64,000 nt of DNA, taken from Desulfomicrobium sp. (GTDB taxonomy: Bacteria; Desulfobacterota; Desulfovibrionia; Desulfovibrionales; Desulfomicrobiaceae). This document shows positions 1-9,425 of this stretch, piece after piece. The stretch lies in assembly GCA_040768745.1 (NCBI GenBank), contig JAXGMI010000001.1, forward strand, positions 1,408,001 to 1,472,000. The letters run 5' to 3'. The notes beneath the pieces are model-generated. The model made no database searches. It saw only the letters and a program-made list of their open reading frames with translations, and was not told the DNA's origin. A program made the position numbers and the translations under genes. How positions within the stretch are numbered: the stretch's first letter is position 1; each line of letters starts with the position of its first letter.

Positions 1-221
1 GAACTCAGCAGTGTTGAACGTCACATAGTTTTGGTGACTTCGAAAGTCAAACGATATTGGTGCACACGCCCTCCGATTGTATTTTTCTATCTGAAATCAT
101 TGTCGATAATGTGGCGTTATCAGACTGTGTCGATCTGCGGATAAACATGTGGTTTCGTGTTGAAACGGCTCTTGGTATTTCACGAAGAGCCGTTGTTGCC
201 GTGCAGTCTCATCGGGAGAGA

Positions 222-827
222 TCACGCTGACGCCTTGGAGCTTTCAGGGGAAAGTTTGTAGACGAGGGCTCTTTCATGGCTGCCAGCGGCCGTATCAAGC
301 CTGAACGGCTCTCCGATAAGGAAAAGTTGCGGGTTGGGGCTGAGTTCGCCTGCCTCCGCTTCTTTCCTGTAAAGGAGGATCTGGAGAACATAGAGAGCTG
401 CTACCGCATTGAGAGCGTTTTTGAGATTGGCCTCCGCGAAATGCTCATGGCGTTCGTATTTTACCTTCGTGTATGCTCGCCACCAAAGGGGTTGCGTTTC
501 AGTGCGCCACTTGTTCCACGGAGTCAGCGTCAGGCCGAATCTTGGCAGATGCACCTTGATTGCGCTGAAGTTGGGATGATGTTTTGTAATAACTGTTTTA
601 TAATTGCCGATGTTGTCTGCCGTGCAGTTGTGCTCAATGGTATGACAGTATTTTTTTGCAACAACGTCAACTTCAGAGGCTGCCGAAAAAAGTATGCGGC
701 CAAGTTCGATCGAATAACTGGAGAAGTTAGACTCGGCAATTTCTAAGAACCTGGAAAATTGTGAAAGATCGTTTTCAAGGGCGATAAAGTAGTTCCAATG
801 TATAGCTGTCTGTTTTTGCGGAATCAT
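222..827 (-). CDS. Conserved hypothetical protein (201 aa)
   Basis: Protein-like ORF with ATG start (HWNYFIALENDL...SEVDVVAK...WWRAYTKVKYER) in an AT-richer segment; no function recognised. Confidence 0.7.
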   Translation of the reverse strand: MIPQKQTAIHWNYFIALENDLSQFSRFLEIAESNFSSYSIELGRILFSAASEVDVVAKKYCHTIEHNCTADNIGNYKTVITKHHPNFSAIKVHLPRFGLTLTPWNKWRTETQPLWWRAYTKVKYERHEHFAEANLKNALNAVAALYVLQILLYRKEAEAGELSPNPQLFLIGEPFRLDTAAGSHERALVYKLSPESSKASA

Positions 828-862
828 CGTCAGTCTCTCGCTGAATTGAAGTTATACGATGT

Positions 863-891
863 CCTTGCGGGAAAAATTTTCTCCCGCAAGG
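863..891. terminator. Stem-loop, possible terminator
   Basis: CCTTGCGGGA...TCCCGCAAGG inverted repeat between two minus-strand ORFs; no clear U-tract. Confidence 0.4.
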
Positions 892-926
892 AGGTAATGT
901 GAAACGTAAAACTTAATTTTGCCAGA

Positions 927-1100
927 CTAGTGTGATTCGTAATACCAGAATATGAAGAAAATAAATCCGGCAACGGCGATGAATTTCAGCAACGTCGGGA
1001 TACTTTCACGCAAACTGTAGTTTTTTGGGGTGTAGTCGATTTCCGAATTTGGCGTATGGGAAGGCGCGCAACCGCGGCGCGGAGTGTTGTCATGTGGCAT
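927..1100 (-). CDS. Small membrane protein (57 aa)
   Basis: AGGAGG RBS before ATG at 1100; C-terminal hydrophobic helix LLKFIAVAGFIFFIFWYY. Confidence 0.55.
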   Translation of the reverse strand: MPHDNTPRRGCAPSHTPNSEIDYTPKNYSLRESIPTLLKFIAVAGFIFFIFWYYESH

Positions 1101-1176
1101 AATGCCTCCTTCATTCAAGGAAATAAGGTTCGCCACCGACAGCGGAGTGCATTGATGGCAAGAATGGAACACTTAT

Positions 1177-1530
1177 TCAGAATTTGAAACGAGGAGGCGC
1201 ACGACTGGCGACCGCCTTAAGCACAATTTTCTTGGCTGCCCGGTCGTTGATGTAAGAAGAAATGAAGGAAAGGGAAATTGAAGGAAGAGTAGAATTATGA
1301 CTTATAATTAAGGCATCTTGAAAATCGCTATTAGAAGATTTACGGATTTCTCTCTGGGACGTATCTATGCCGACAATTGTAGGCTCCATGATTGTCGAAG
1401 AGAAGTGAGCCGTTTTGGAGCTAGATTCAAGATAGCGAGTGGAATTTTTGCTGTATTTGTCAATTGTCGGGGGCGTACAAAATACCAGAAGTATAGAGAT
1501 AACCAGTCGTAATGTAATATACATTTTCAA
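1177..1530 (-). CDS. Signal-peptide protein with C-terminal RAPP motif (candidate arrest/leader peptide)
   Basis: Hydrophobic N-terminus LRLVISILLVFC; ends ...VASRAPPRFKF*. Confidence 0.5.
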   Translation of the reverse strand: MKMYITLRLVISILLVFCTPPTIDKYSKNSTRYLESSSKTAHFSSTIMEPTIVGIDTSQREIRKSSNSDFQDALIISHNSTLPSISLSFISSYINDRAAKKIVLKAVASRAPPRFKF

Positions 1531-1670
1531 TTTTTATTTCTTATGAAATATTTATCACGATCTGGTTACTGTGGCTTATTCCCGCAACTGAAACCTATCT
1601 GGTCTGGAATGAATGAGCATGACGTCTTAGCATGGCAATGAGTGGGTATTGATCCAAGAAATTTATTTTT

Positions 1671-2406
1671 GGGTCATGACTAGAACAGCGGGTTTGTCCT
1701 GATGATTTTGAGCAGGACTTTATAGATGTTCTGGCCCCTATTGTTAAATCGAAATTCGCATTCTTTCAAATGCAAGAAAAAGGTTACCTTGCTGACACCT
1801 CTGAACTTGGCAAGGCGAGTTTTCGAATAGCCCCAAAAGCTTTCTATGCCATTGATATGGCTACGTTCATTGGCAAATTCATTGTCTCCGTGGTTGACCC
1901 TGAAATGCTTCTGGTACCCTATATCCACCAGGCCGTTATAGCCGCGCCATCCATCGGAATGGATGACGCTTTCGACGCTGACTCGACCTCGGATAACCGC
2001 CTGAAGTGTGGCACGGCTGCAATCAGGCACGATCTCGGTATAGACTTGGCCTTGGCGCTTGAAGATGCCAAACACAATGGTTTTACTGCTTGCGCCACGA
2101 CCTCGGAGTCCTTTGACTCGGCGAGGCCCGAAGTAGCTTTCATCAACTTCGATTTCCCCGAGAACTGGGGCTTGTCGCTCGCAGTACTCAGCGATTCGTT
2201 GGCGCAAGGCCATGAGATACCTGTTCACGGTATTTCTGTTTAGGCCAGTCACCAGGGCGATCTGGGATGCATCCAGATCAAAGGAAAAGAGCTTCAAGAA
2301 TTGCCTGAATTTGGCCTCTGAAATTTTTGAACGATTTGCGTACTTATTAACCCTTGCCATGACTCGATCCTAGCAGATTTGTTATCCGCTGTTCTAGTCA
2401 TGACCC
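1671..2406 (-). mobile_element. IS1595-family insertion sequence, copy 1 (736 bp)
   Basis: 21-bp perfect terminal IR GGGTCATGACTAGAACAGCGG; 8-bp target duplication TTATTTTT at 1663-1670 and 2407-2414. Confidence 0.95.
1680..2360 (-). CDS. IS1595-family (ISXO2-like) DDE transposase
   Basis: Motifs EIEVDESYFG, IHSDGWRGY, HINGIESFW, LKECEFRFN. Confidence 0.95.
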   Translation of the reverse strand: MARVNKYANRSKISEAKFRQFLKLFSFDLDASQIALVTGLNRNTVNRYLMALRQRIAEYCERQAPVLGEIEVDESYFGPRRVKGLRGRGASSKTIVFGIFKRQGQVYTEIVPDCSRATLQAVIRGRVSVESVIHSDGWRGYNGLVDIGYQKHFRVNHGDNEFANERSHINGIESFWGYSKTRLAKFRGVSKVTFFLHLKECEFRFNNRGQNIYKVLLKIIRTNPLF

Positions 2407-2452
2407 TTATTTTTAATGTATGAGCTATTTGAATCGTGTTGTCAACATCAGG

Positions 2453-2575
2453 TCAAGAGGGCTTGTCGGGACTGTGGCCGACGAAATTGGAGGTCACGAA
2501 CTGGGTCACGGCGAAGCACAGGCCGGCCACGATGCAGGCGGGCAGCACTTCCATGGAGCGCTTGAAGCCGCACAT
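2453..2575 (-). pseudogene. Short internal fragment resembling an L-lactate permease
   Basis: MCGFKRSMEVLPACIVAGLCFAVTQFVTSNFVG resembles a transmembrane segment of LctP-family permeases; no gene start or end. Confidence 0.5.
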
Positions 2576-2592
2576 GGTCACGGAAGTGGCAC

Positions 2593-2623
2593 AAAAGAAA
2601 AAGCCGATCCTGAAGACCGGCTT
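2593..2623 (-). terminator. Rho-independent terminator of the tRNA-Pro/tRNA-Thr transcript
   Basis: AAGCCG...CGGCTT stem with an A-tract on + (U-tract on -) just past the tRNA-Thr 3' end. Confidence 0.7.
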
Positions 2624-2629
2624 GTCATC

Positions 2630-2705
<76 letters not shown>

Positions 2706-2713
2706 TTTTCGTG

Positions 2714-2790
2714 TGGTCGGGATGAGAGGATTTGAACCTCCGGCCCCTTGAACCCCATTCAAGTGCGCTCCCAGACTGCGCTACATCCCG
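2714..2790 (-). tRNA. tRNA-Pro (GGG)
   Basis: Reverse complement CGGGATGTAGCGCAGTCTGGGAGCGCACTTGAAT GGG GTTCAAG...GGTTCAAATCC...CCCGACCA. Confidence 0.97.
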
Positions 2791-3023
2791 ACAACGAGAA
2801 ATCGCTTGTATGGATGCCCCCGTGCTTTGTCAACTCTTTTTCCGGATTTCGAGTTCGCCGTGACGTATCCCTTCTTCACTGATTCTGCAGGGATGGAGAA
2901 GAATGCTCCAAAGCAACGGCTTCTCGACGTGACTCCTCCCTCCTGGATCGCGAGCGTGACGACGGCCGGTTTGCGGACAGAATTCTCCCTGGTTGCCGTC
3001 AGTTGTCAGGCCCGGGGGGCGTT

Positions 3024-3494
3024 TCAATGGCGGAGAGTGGCCTTGAGGCGGTTCGGGTGCAGAAGCAGATCCAGTCCGGCCTCGATACCGGGGACGAGGA
3101 TGTGGGCCGCGGACAGCGCGGACTGGGCCACGCCCTCCGGCTGCAGGATAGCCAGGGAGAGACCGCCTTCCTTGAGCATGGCGGCATCGTTGTTGCCGTT
3201 GCCCAGGCAGATGCAGGATTCAGCGCCCAGGCTGCGGATATATGCGACTTTGGCCTCGCGCTCATTGCCTGGCTGGAGAATATGCACGATGCAGTCGCTC
3301 TGCCCGAAGGCGACCCGCACCGTGCCGAAGGTGTCCGCAGTGAGAATGTGCACGCTCAAAAGGTTTGTGAGCTGGCTCAGGCGCGAAAAGACTCCTGGCT
3401 GGACCCGTCCGTCCAGGGCCAGGGTGCCGTTGTAATCCAGGACCAGATACCGGAGGCCGAGTTTCCCGAAGCCAGGGATATCAAGTTCAATCAT
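3024..3494 (-). CDS. HAD-superfamily hydrolase (soluble P-type-ATPase-like phosphatase)
   Basis: LDYNGTLA, TADTFG and GNGNND motifs. Confidence 0.9.
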   Translation of the reverse strand: MIELDIPGFGKLGLRYLVLDYNGTLALDGRVQPGVFSRLSQLTNLLSVHILTADTFGTVRVAFGQSDCIVHILQPGNEREAKVAYIRSLGAESCICLGNGNNDAAMLKEGGLSLAILQPEGVAQSALSAAHILVPGIEAGLDLLLHPNRLKATLRH

Positions 3495-4743
3495 GATTTC
3501 CTCGATGGTTGAGGCTGGCCCGGGCCAGCATTTTTTCCTGGAACATGCGCAGGTCTGCGGCCCTGATCAGGTCCTCCAGGGGCTGGCCGGGCTCATGTCG
3601 AGCCAATCCCACGGAGGCGGAGATGCGCAGATTCGTTGCCAGGCCGCAAATCTCCCCCACATTGATATTGGCCAGGGCCTGCCCCAATCGTGTGACGAAA
3701 CTCCAGGCCTTGGTTTCGTCCGTATCAGGAAGCATGATCACGAATTCATCCCCTCCCAAGCGGACACAGATGTCATATTTACGGACCATGGCCTGGATGG
3801 TCTGCCCCACAGCAATGAGAATGGCGTCTCCGGCCTCGTGGCCGAGGGTGTCATTGATGGCCTTGAATCCGTTCAGATCGATGAAAAGGAGATGCACCGG
3901 AAGGTTTTTGCGCACGGCAAAATCCAGAATGCGAGGGGCGTGGCGTTCCAGATAGGTCCGGTTGTTGATGCCGGTCAGGGAGTCACGCACCGTCAGCTCT
4001 TCCAACTGCTCGTGCTCCAAGGTGATTATCAGGGTGGAGGCCAGGATATCGCAGAAATGGCTGAGAAAATCCGTGGCTTTTTCGACGGCATAGCGTTCCG
4101 GATCCCGGTCATAGCCCGCCACTACACCGATGATTTTGCCGGGCAGGTACTTATGCCTGAGGGCGAAGATGAAGCAGGACCCGGACTGCGGATCCGTATC
4201 GCAACCCAGGAAAAACCTTGGCCCATCCACGCGCCGGACATCTCCCAGATAGAGCCGGGGAAAATGAACAGCCGGGGAGAACTGCTTCAGCTGTTCCTGC
4301 AGGCATCTGGGGCGGACTTGTCCGATCTGCGCAGGCACACGCCCAGCAAAAAGCTCCTGATCCAGGATCAGGTGCAGGAGGTGCATGTCGTGCAAATCCT
4401 GGATGGATTGGAGCGTCGGGGAGAGGTCCTGCAGCCGTTTGATGCGCTGGACAAGGTCGATGGTGCAGCGAAAGGTCTCGAAGCTGTCCAGCAAGGACCT
4501 GTAGGACGAAACCATGGCATCGAAGGCAGATTTGGAGGTCCGCAGTTTCTGGCGCAACTCTGCCATTTCCGGGAATTGCGCCGATCTGTCTGTCTGCTGG
4601 GCCATGGCCTGTCTCCTGGTCCAGGCATCCAGCAGGGAGAGCTGGCGTTTGAGTCTGGGCTGATCGTTCTGGATGACACTGACCTGCAGGGACGAGACAA
4701 AGCGCTGCAGCACATGCCACGTGACTCGTTGGTCGCGGGCCAT
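3487..4743 (-). CDS. GGDEF-domain diguanylate cyclase
   Basis: DSLTGINNR, DLNGFKAINDTLGHEAGD, RLGGDEF; start moved to MARDQ to avoid overlap with bcp. Confidence 0.9.
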   Translation of the reverse strand: MARDQRVTWHVLQRFVSSLQVSVIQNDQPRLKRQLSLLDAWTRRQAMAQQTDRSAQFPEMAELRQKLRTSKSAFDAMVSSYRSLLDSFETFRCTIDLVQRIKRLQDLSPTLQSIQDLHDMHLLHLILDQELFAGRVPAQIGQVRPRCLQEQLKQFSPAVHFPRLYLGDVRRVDGPRFFLGCDTDPQSGSCFIFALRHKYLPGKIIGVVAGYDRDPERYAVEKATDFLSHFCDILASTLIITLEHEQLEELTVRDSLTGINNRTYLERHAPRILDFAVRKNLPVHLLFIDLNGFKAINDTLGHEAGDAILIAVGQTIQAMVRKYDICVRLGGDEFVIMLPDTDETKAWSFVTRLGQALANINVGEICGLATNLRISASVGLARHEPGQPLEDLIRAADLRMFQEKMLARASLNHRGNHD

Positions 4744-4753
4744 TGTGTTCAGG

Positions 4754-5233
4754 TCAGACCAGGTTGCGCAGAGTGGCCAAAACTTCAGCGGCGTGTCCGG
4801 CAGCCTTGACCTCGGCCCATGTGTGGCGGATGACTCCAGAGGGATCAATGAGGAAGGTGGAACGCCTTACCCCCATGTATTCCTTGCCGTAGTTCTTCTT
4901 CAGGCGCCAGGCTCCGAATTGCTCCAGGATCTGGTGCTCCGGGTCGCTCAGCAGGTTCACCTCCAATCCGTGTTTGCCAGTGAACTTCTGGTGGGAAGAG
5001 ACGGAGTCGGGACTCATGCCGAGCACAACGGCGTTCAGTGCAGAAAATTGATCCTTGAGGGTGGAAAACTCCTGGGCCTCCACCGTGCATCCCGGGGTGT
5101 TGTCTTTGGGGTAGAAATACAGGACCACCCATTGGCCGCGAAAGTCTTCCAGCCGAGTGTCCGAGCCGGAAGTGTTGCGCAGGCAGAAACCAGGGGCCGG
5201 ATCGCCGGGGGCAGGGATTTTGAAGTCGATCAT
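4754..5233 (-). CDS. bcp: Peroxiredoxin Bcp
   Basis: VLYFYPKDNTPGCTVEA motif. Confidence 0.93.
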   Translation of the reverse strand: MIDFKIPAPGDPAPGFCLRNTSGSDTRLEDFRGQWVVLYFYPKDNTPGCTVEAQEFSTLKDQFSALNAVVLGMSPDSVSSHQKFTGKHGLEVNLLSDPEHQILEQFGAWRLKKNYGKEYMGVRRSTFLIDPSGVIRHTWAEVKAAGHAAEVLATLRNLV

Positions 5234-5266
5234 GTGCGCTCCTTGGGTAGAACAATCTTTTTTTTA

Positions 5267-6002
5267 GGGTCATGACTAGAACAGCGGGTTTGTCCTGATG
5301 ATTTTGAGCAGGACTTTATAGATGTTCTGGCCCCTATTGTTAAATCGAAATTCGCATTCTTTCAAATGCAAGAAAAAGGTTACCTTGCTGACACCTCTGA
5401 ACTTGGCAAGGCGAGTTTTCGAATAGCCCCAAAAGCTTTCTATGCCATTGATATGGCTACGTTCATTGGCAAATTCATTGTCTCCGTGGTTGACCCTGAA
5501 ATGCTTCTGGTACCCTATATCCACCAGGCCGTTATAGCCGCGCCATCCATCGGAATGGATGACGCTTTCGACGCTGACTCGACCTCGGATAACCGCCTGA
5601 AGTGTGGCACGGCTGCAATCAGGCACGATCTCGGTATAGACTTGGCCTTGGCGCTTGAAGATGCCAAACACAATGGTTTTACTGCTTGCGCCACGACCTC
5701 GGAGTCCTTTGACTCGGCGAGGCCCGAAGTAGCTTTCATCAACTTCGATTTCCCCGAGAACTGGGGCTTGTCGCTCGCAGTACTCAGCGATTCGTTGGCG
5801 CAAGGCCATGAGATACCTGTTCACGGTATTTCTGTTTAGGCCAGTCACCAGGGCGATCTGGGATGCATCCAGATCAAAGGAAAAGAGCTTCAAGAATTGC
5901 CTGAATTTGGCCTCTGAAATTTTTGAACGATTTGCGTACTTATTAACCCTTGCCATGACTCGATCCTAGCAGATTTGTTATCCGCTGTTCTAGTCATGAC
6001 CC
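5267..6002 (-). mobile_element. IS1595-family insertion sequence, copy 2 (736 bp)
   Basis: Same 21-bp IRs and identical transposase protein as copy 1; own 8-bp target duplication TTTTTTTA at 5259-5266 and 6003-6010. Confidence 0.95.
5276..5956 (-). CDS. IS1595-family transposase
   Basis: Translation identical to 1680-2360. Confidence 0.95.
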   Translation of the reverse strand: MARVNKYANRSKISEAKFRQFLKLFSFDLDASQIALVTGLNRNTVNRYLMALRQRIAEYCERQAPVLGEIEVDESYFGPRRVKGLRGRGASSKTIVFGIFKRQGQVYTEIVPDCSRATLQAVIRGRVSVESVIHSDGWRGYNGLVDIGYQKHFRVNHGDNEFANERSHINGIESFWGYSKTRLAKFRGVSKVTFFLHLKECEFRFNNRGQNIYKVLLKIIRTNPLF

Positions 6003-6038
6003 TTTTTTTAATACCTGATCACCCCTGGGCCTGCAAGG

Positions 6039-7289
6039 TCAGGGGCCGACAGCGGCGCTCATTCCGGCCAGATAGCCCGTGGACAGGGCTGCCTGCAGGT
6101 TGAAGCCCCCGGTGTCGGCGTCCATATCCAGCACTTCGCCGGCCAGGAAAAGCCCGGGGCAGATCCGGGACTGCATGGTCTTGGGATCCACTTCGCTCAG
6201 GCTCACTCCACCAGCGGTGATGATGGCCTCGCGCAGGGGGCGGTATCCACTGACCGTAAATCGCAGGCCCTTGAGCCAGAGCCGCAGTCGTTTGCGTTCC
6301 TCGGCAGAAATCTGGTGCGCGGCTTTGTCCCCGGTCAGCCCGGTCTGGTCGAGGCACACGGGGATGAGTTTGGGGGGCATCAGTCCACGCAGCAGGTTCT
6401 CCAGATGCATCTTGCCATGGCCCGCCAGGTCGCGCTGCAGGCGGGCGTCGAGTTTGTCCGGGTCCAGGGCCGGTTTCAGGTCGATGAAGAGCTCGGCCCT
6501 GCGCCCCTGGTCCACGGCCCGCACGGCGGCCTTGCTCAATGTCAGGATGATGGGGCCGGACAAACCGAAGTGCGTGAAGAGCATCTCTCCCATCTGCTCT
6601 CCGGCTTTCTTCCCATCCACCCGCAACTCAGCACGGACATTGCGCAGGGACAGACCCTGCAGTCTTGCCGCAATGTCCCCGGATGTGACCAGGGGGATGA
6701 GGGCCGGCGAGATGGGAATTATGGCGTGTCCGAGGCATTTGGCCAGGTCGTAGCCGTCGCCGGTGGAGCCGGTAGCCGGATAGGAAGCTCCGCCCGTGGC
6801 CAGGATGATTCTGTCCCCCGCGAGGGACTGGGAACCGAAGCCGACCTCGAAGCGAGCTTCGGCCCGTCTGATGTCCTGCACACGGCAGCCTGTTCGGATG
6901 GTCACGCCCTGGGATCGGGCATGGCGGACAAAAGCGTCCACGAGGTCCTGGGCGTTGTCGCTGGTCGGAAAAAGCCGCCCGCCGCGCTCCTCCTTGGTCG
7001 GAACCCCCAGGCTGTCGAGGAGTGCGACCGTGTCGGGGGTGAAGAAGTGAGCCAGGGCGGGCCGCAGGAAACGGAAATTCCTGCCAAAGTGAGAGAGAAA
7101 CTCATCCCTGGGTGCGGAGTTGCCGATATTGCCCCGGCCCTTGCCACAGATCCTGAGCTTGCGGCCCGGACGATCCATGCGCTCGAGCAGGGTCACGCTG
7201 GCGCCCCTGGCCGCTGCAGTGGCCGCGGCCAGGAGTCCGGCGGGACCTCCGCCTATGACGATGATGGAATGATGCATGGATGCTCTCAT
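6039..7289 (-). CDS. NAD(P)/FAD-dependent oxidoreductase, HI0933/BaiN family
   Basis: GGGPAG, GRKLRICGKGR, ATGGASYPATGSTGDG, GEVLDMDADTGGFNLQAA. Confidence 0.92.
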   Translation of the reverse strand: MRASMHHSIIVIGGGPAGLLAAATAAARGASVTLLERMDRPGRKLRICGKGRGNIGNSAPRDEFLSHFGRNFRFLRPALAHFFTPDTVALLDSLGVPTKEERGGRLFPTSDNAQDLVDAFVRHARSQGVTIRTGCRVQDIRRAEARFEVGFGSQSLAGDRIILATGGASYPATGSTGDGYDLAKCLGHAIIPISPALIPLVTSGDIAARLQGLSLRNVRAELRVDGKKAGEQMGEMLFTHFGLSGPIILTLSKAAVRAVDQGRRAELFIDLKPALDPDKLDARLQRDLAGHGKMHLENLLRGLMPPKLIPVCLDQTGLTGDKAAHQISAEERKRLRLWLKGLRFTVSGYRPLREAIITAGGVSLSEVDPKTMQSRICPGLFLAGEVLDMDADTGGFNLQAALSTGYLAGMSAAVGP

Positions 7290-7533
7290 AACGTGTTTTT
7301 TTCACGGAGGGAGAACAGATGTAAAGGAGCAGAAGAACATTGTTCTGTTCCGGTATTGCCGGGACAACTGGCGCACAGTGTGACGCACAGTTTAGGCACT
7401 GTTCTGTGTTCAGGACAATCTTCTGTCCTGTGCGGTCGGAGGCGTCGGACAATGCTCACGAACCACCCTGCCTTTCTGCGAAGAAGGCCGTGCAGCCCGA
7501 CTCCCCCGGTTTCAGGAAGGGCACATCGGCAGC

Positions 7534-7911
7534 TCAATCCTGTTTGATCTTGAACGTGACGTAGGCGGTTCTGCCTTCTGGAATGCGGTACTCAAGCCTG
7601 AGTTTCTCGATGGCCGATGCCATGCCCGGAATGTTGATCAACCCCGAGGATTCCCCGGATTTGAGCAATCCAGGTATTTTCAGGGCAACGGGCTGGCCCT
7701 GAACAGGGATCAGGGTCAGCCCGTCCAAATGGACGGTGGCCCCCTCGATCTGGAAGCGGAGGTTGTCGATCTTGCCCAGTTTTTCACCCACTTCGATGGT
7801 GGCAGACCTGTCCGAAGGCGACAGCTCCACCGGGTTCCGGGTGAGCCAGGGGCCGGCCAGGGCCGGGGCAGCTAAAAGCAGGCTGATGAAAATGAGGCAG
7901 AGTGTTTTCAT
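7534..7911 (-). CDS. Exported hypothetical protein
   Basis: Signal peptide MKTLCLIFISLLLAAPALA after a GGAG RBS. Confidence 0.75.
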   Translation of the reverse strand: MKTLCLIFISLLLAAPALAGPWLTRNPVELSPSDRSATIEVGEKLGKIDNLRFQIEGATVHLDGLTLIPVQGQPVALKIPGLLKSGESSGLINIPGMASAIEKLRLEYRIPEGRTAYVTFKIKQD

Positions 7912-8060
7912 GAGTGCTCCCTGAATTTGTTCAGGGCAGTCTAGACCGGGAAGCCGGAGCTGATCAAGAGCCGGTTTGGCGCCATTACGTCCCGGGGGCA
8001 TGGATGTGGACAACGATGCCAGAGAGCAGTTATCTGATTCTCCCAGCTCTGGAGGTGGCC

Positions 8061-8081
8061 GTGAGTATACTGATCAAAAAA
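8061..8081 (+). repeat. attL core GTGAGTATACTGATCAAAAAA
   Basis: Identical to 17540-17560; preceded by GGAGG at 8051, the apparent native RBS of the mtaD-like gene. Confidence 0.93.
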
Positions 8082-8192
8082 TACGGTTTCTCTCACTTTC
8101 TCCGAAATACCGTCTAGCCCTTGATATTCCTTGATTCCGGCTGAAAATATCCCTTGACGTTCTCCATATTTTTGCCTATTTTTGCCTTGAAA

Positions 8193-8211
8193 GTTGGGTT
8201 GAGGGTTGGGT
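8193..8211 (+). promoter_or_regulatory. Putative integrase arm-type binding sites (GTTGGGT x2)
   Basis: GTTGGGT at 8193 and 8205 (12-bp period); the same pair with the same period occurs at 17475 and 17487. Confidence 0.6.
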
Positions 8212-8231
8212 CAAAACTGGAGGCGGTGAAC

Positions 8232-9371
8232 ATGGCGGCACAGGGCAGAAACAAGACCAAGTATCCTGGCGTCTATTATACCGAAGGCAAGTCCACGACG
8301 GGCAAGTCCATTCGCCGCTACTATGTCGTCTTCAAGCGTGAGGGGAAGGTTTATGAAGAGGCCGCCAAGGTGCTGGTTGACGGCGGCCCTGATACCCGTC
8401 CGGCCGAGACCCCACAAGAGGCCAGCGCATGGCGCTCCCGCCGCATTGGCGAAGTTACCCAACAGCAGGGGAAGGGCAAGCCCGCCCTGACCGTGGATGA
8501 AATCTGGTCAAAGTGGGTTGAAGGCATGAAAGGTCGTGGCGGGCTGCACGCGGCGAGAAGTCGGTACAAGATGCACGTCGGCCGGTTTTTCGGTAAGCGG
8601 GTAGCCTCTGAGTTGTGCACGTTCGACGTGACCAGATTCCGCCGCGATCTGGAGCGGAATGGGTTGGCCCCTGCTTCCGTCAAGTTCTGCATGTCGCTTC
8701 TCTCGCAGCTTCTCAGGTGGGCAGCGGATCAAGACCTGATCCAAGACCCTGGACTCAAGTTTGATTATCCCAAATTCGACAACCAAAAGACCGAGAGCCT
8801 GACCCCGGAGCAGATCGGCCGGTATTGGGAAGTTCTCGACGCATGGCCGGATCAGCATATTGCCGACTTCTTTCGGGTCATGCTGCTGACGGGTGTTCGT
8901 AAGACGGCGCTGGCAAATGTCCGGTGGGATGACATCAACTTTGAGAACGGTTTTTTGACTCTCCGCGCCGAGACCTCCAAGAGTGGCAAGGTCAAGTCAA
9001 TCCCGCTTTCCGCTCAAGCATTGTCCGTTTTCAAAAGCATCCCCAGAACAGAGGACTCTGATCTTGTTTGGCCGGGCTGGAATGGCCCGCGCACAAATTT
9101 CAGCGGTCATGGGAGAGCTATCGCCAAGGCAGCAGGCTTGCCAGATAGTTTTCGAGGGTGTCATGGTCTTCGCCATGCCTTCGCGTCCGCCATGGCCAGC
9201 AGTGGGCGCGTTGATCTGTTCACGCTGCAAACTCTGCTGACCCATTCCAGCCCAAACATGACGCAGCGCTACAGTCACTTGTCCAGCGACGCTCTGCGCA
9301 GGGCGGCAGCGGTGGCTGACGACGTACTGGTCCCAGGTCCGGCGCTGAAGGTGGTGGCCGGGAAGGAATAA
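8232..9371 (+). CDS. Tyrosine recombinase / integrase
   Basis: LLTGVRK (R), TSKSGK (K), HGLRHAFAS (HxxR), LLTHSSPNMTQRYSHL (H..Y); GGAGG RBS. Confidence 0.95.
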   Translation: MAAQGRNKTKYPGVYYTEGKSTTGKSIRRYYVVFKREGKVYEEAAKVLVDGGPDTRPAETPQEASAWRSRRIGEVTQQQGKGKPALTVDEIWSKWVEGMKGRGGLHAARSRYKMHVGRFFGKRVASELCTFDVTRFRRDLERNGLAPASVKFCMSLLSQLLRWAADQDLIQDPGLKFDYPKFDNQKTESLTPEQIGRYWEVLDAWPDQHIADFFRVMLLTGVRKTALANVRWDDINFENGFLTLRAETSKSGKVKSIPLSAQALSVFKSIPRTEDSDLVWPGWNGPRTNFSGHGRAIAKAAGLPDSFRGCHGLRHAFASAMASSGRVDLFTLQTLLTHSSPNMTQRYSHLSSDALRRAAAVADDVLVPGPALKVVAGKE

Positions 9372-9425
9372 ATTTCGGGCCAGGCAAAGAGGTGGTGCTC
9401 TCTGCCCGGCCCTGGATCTTCTCAG

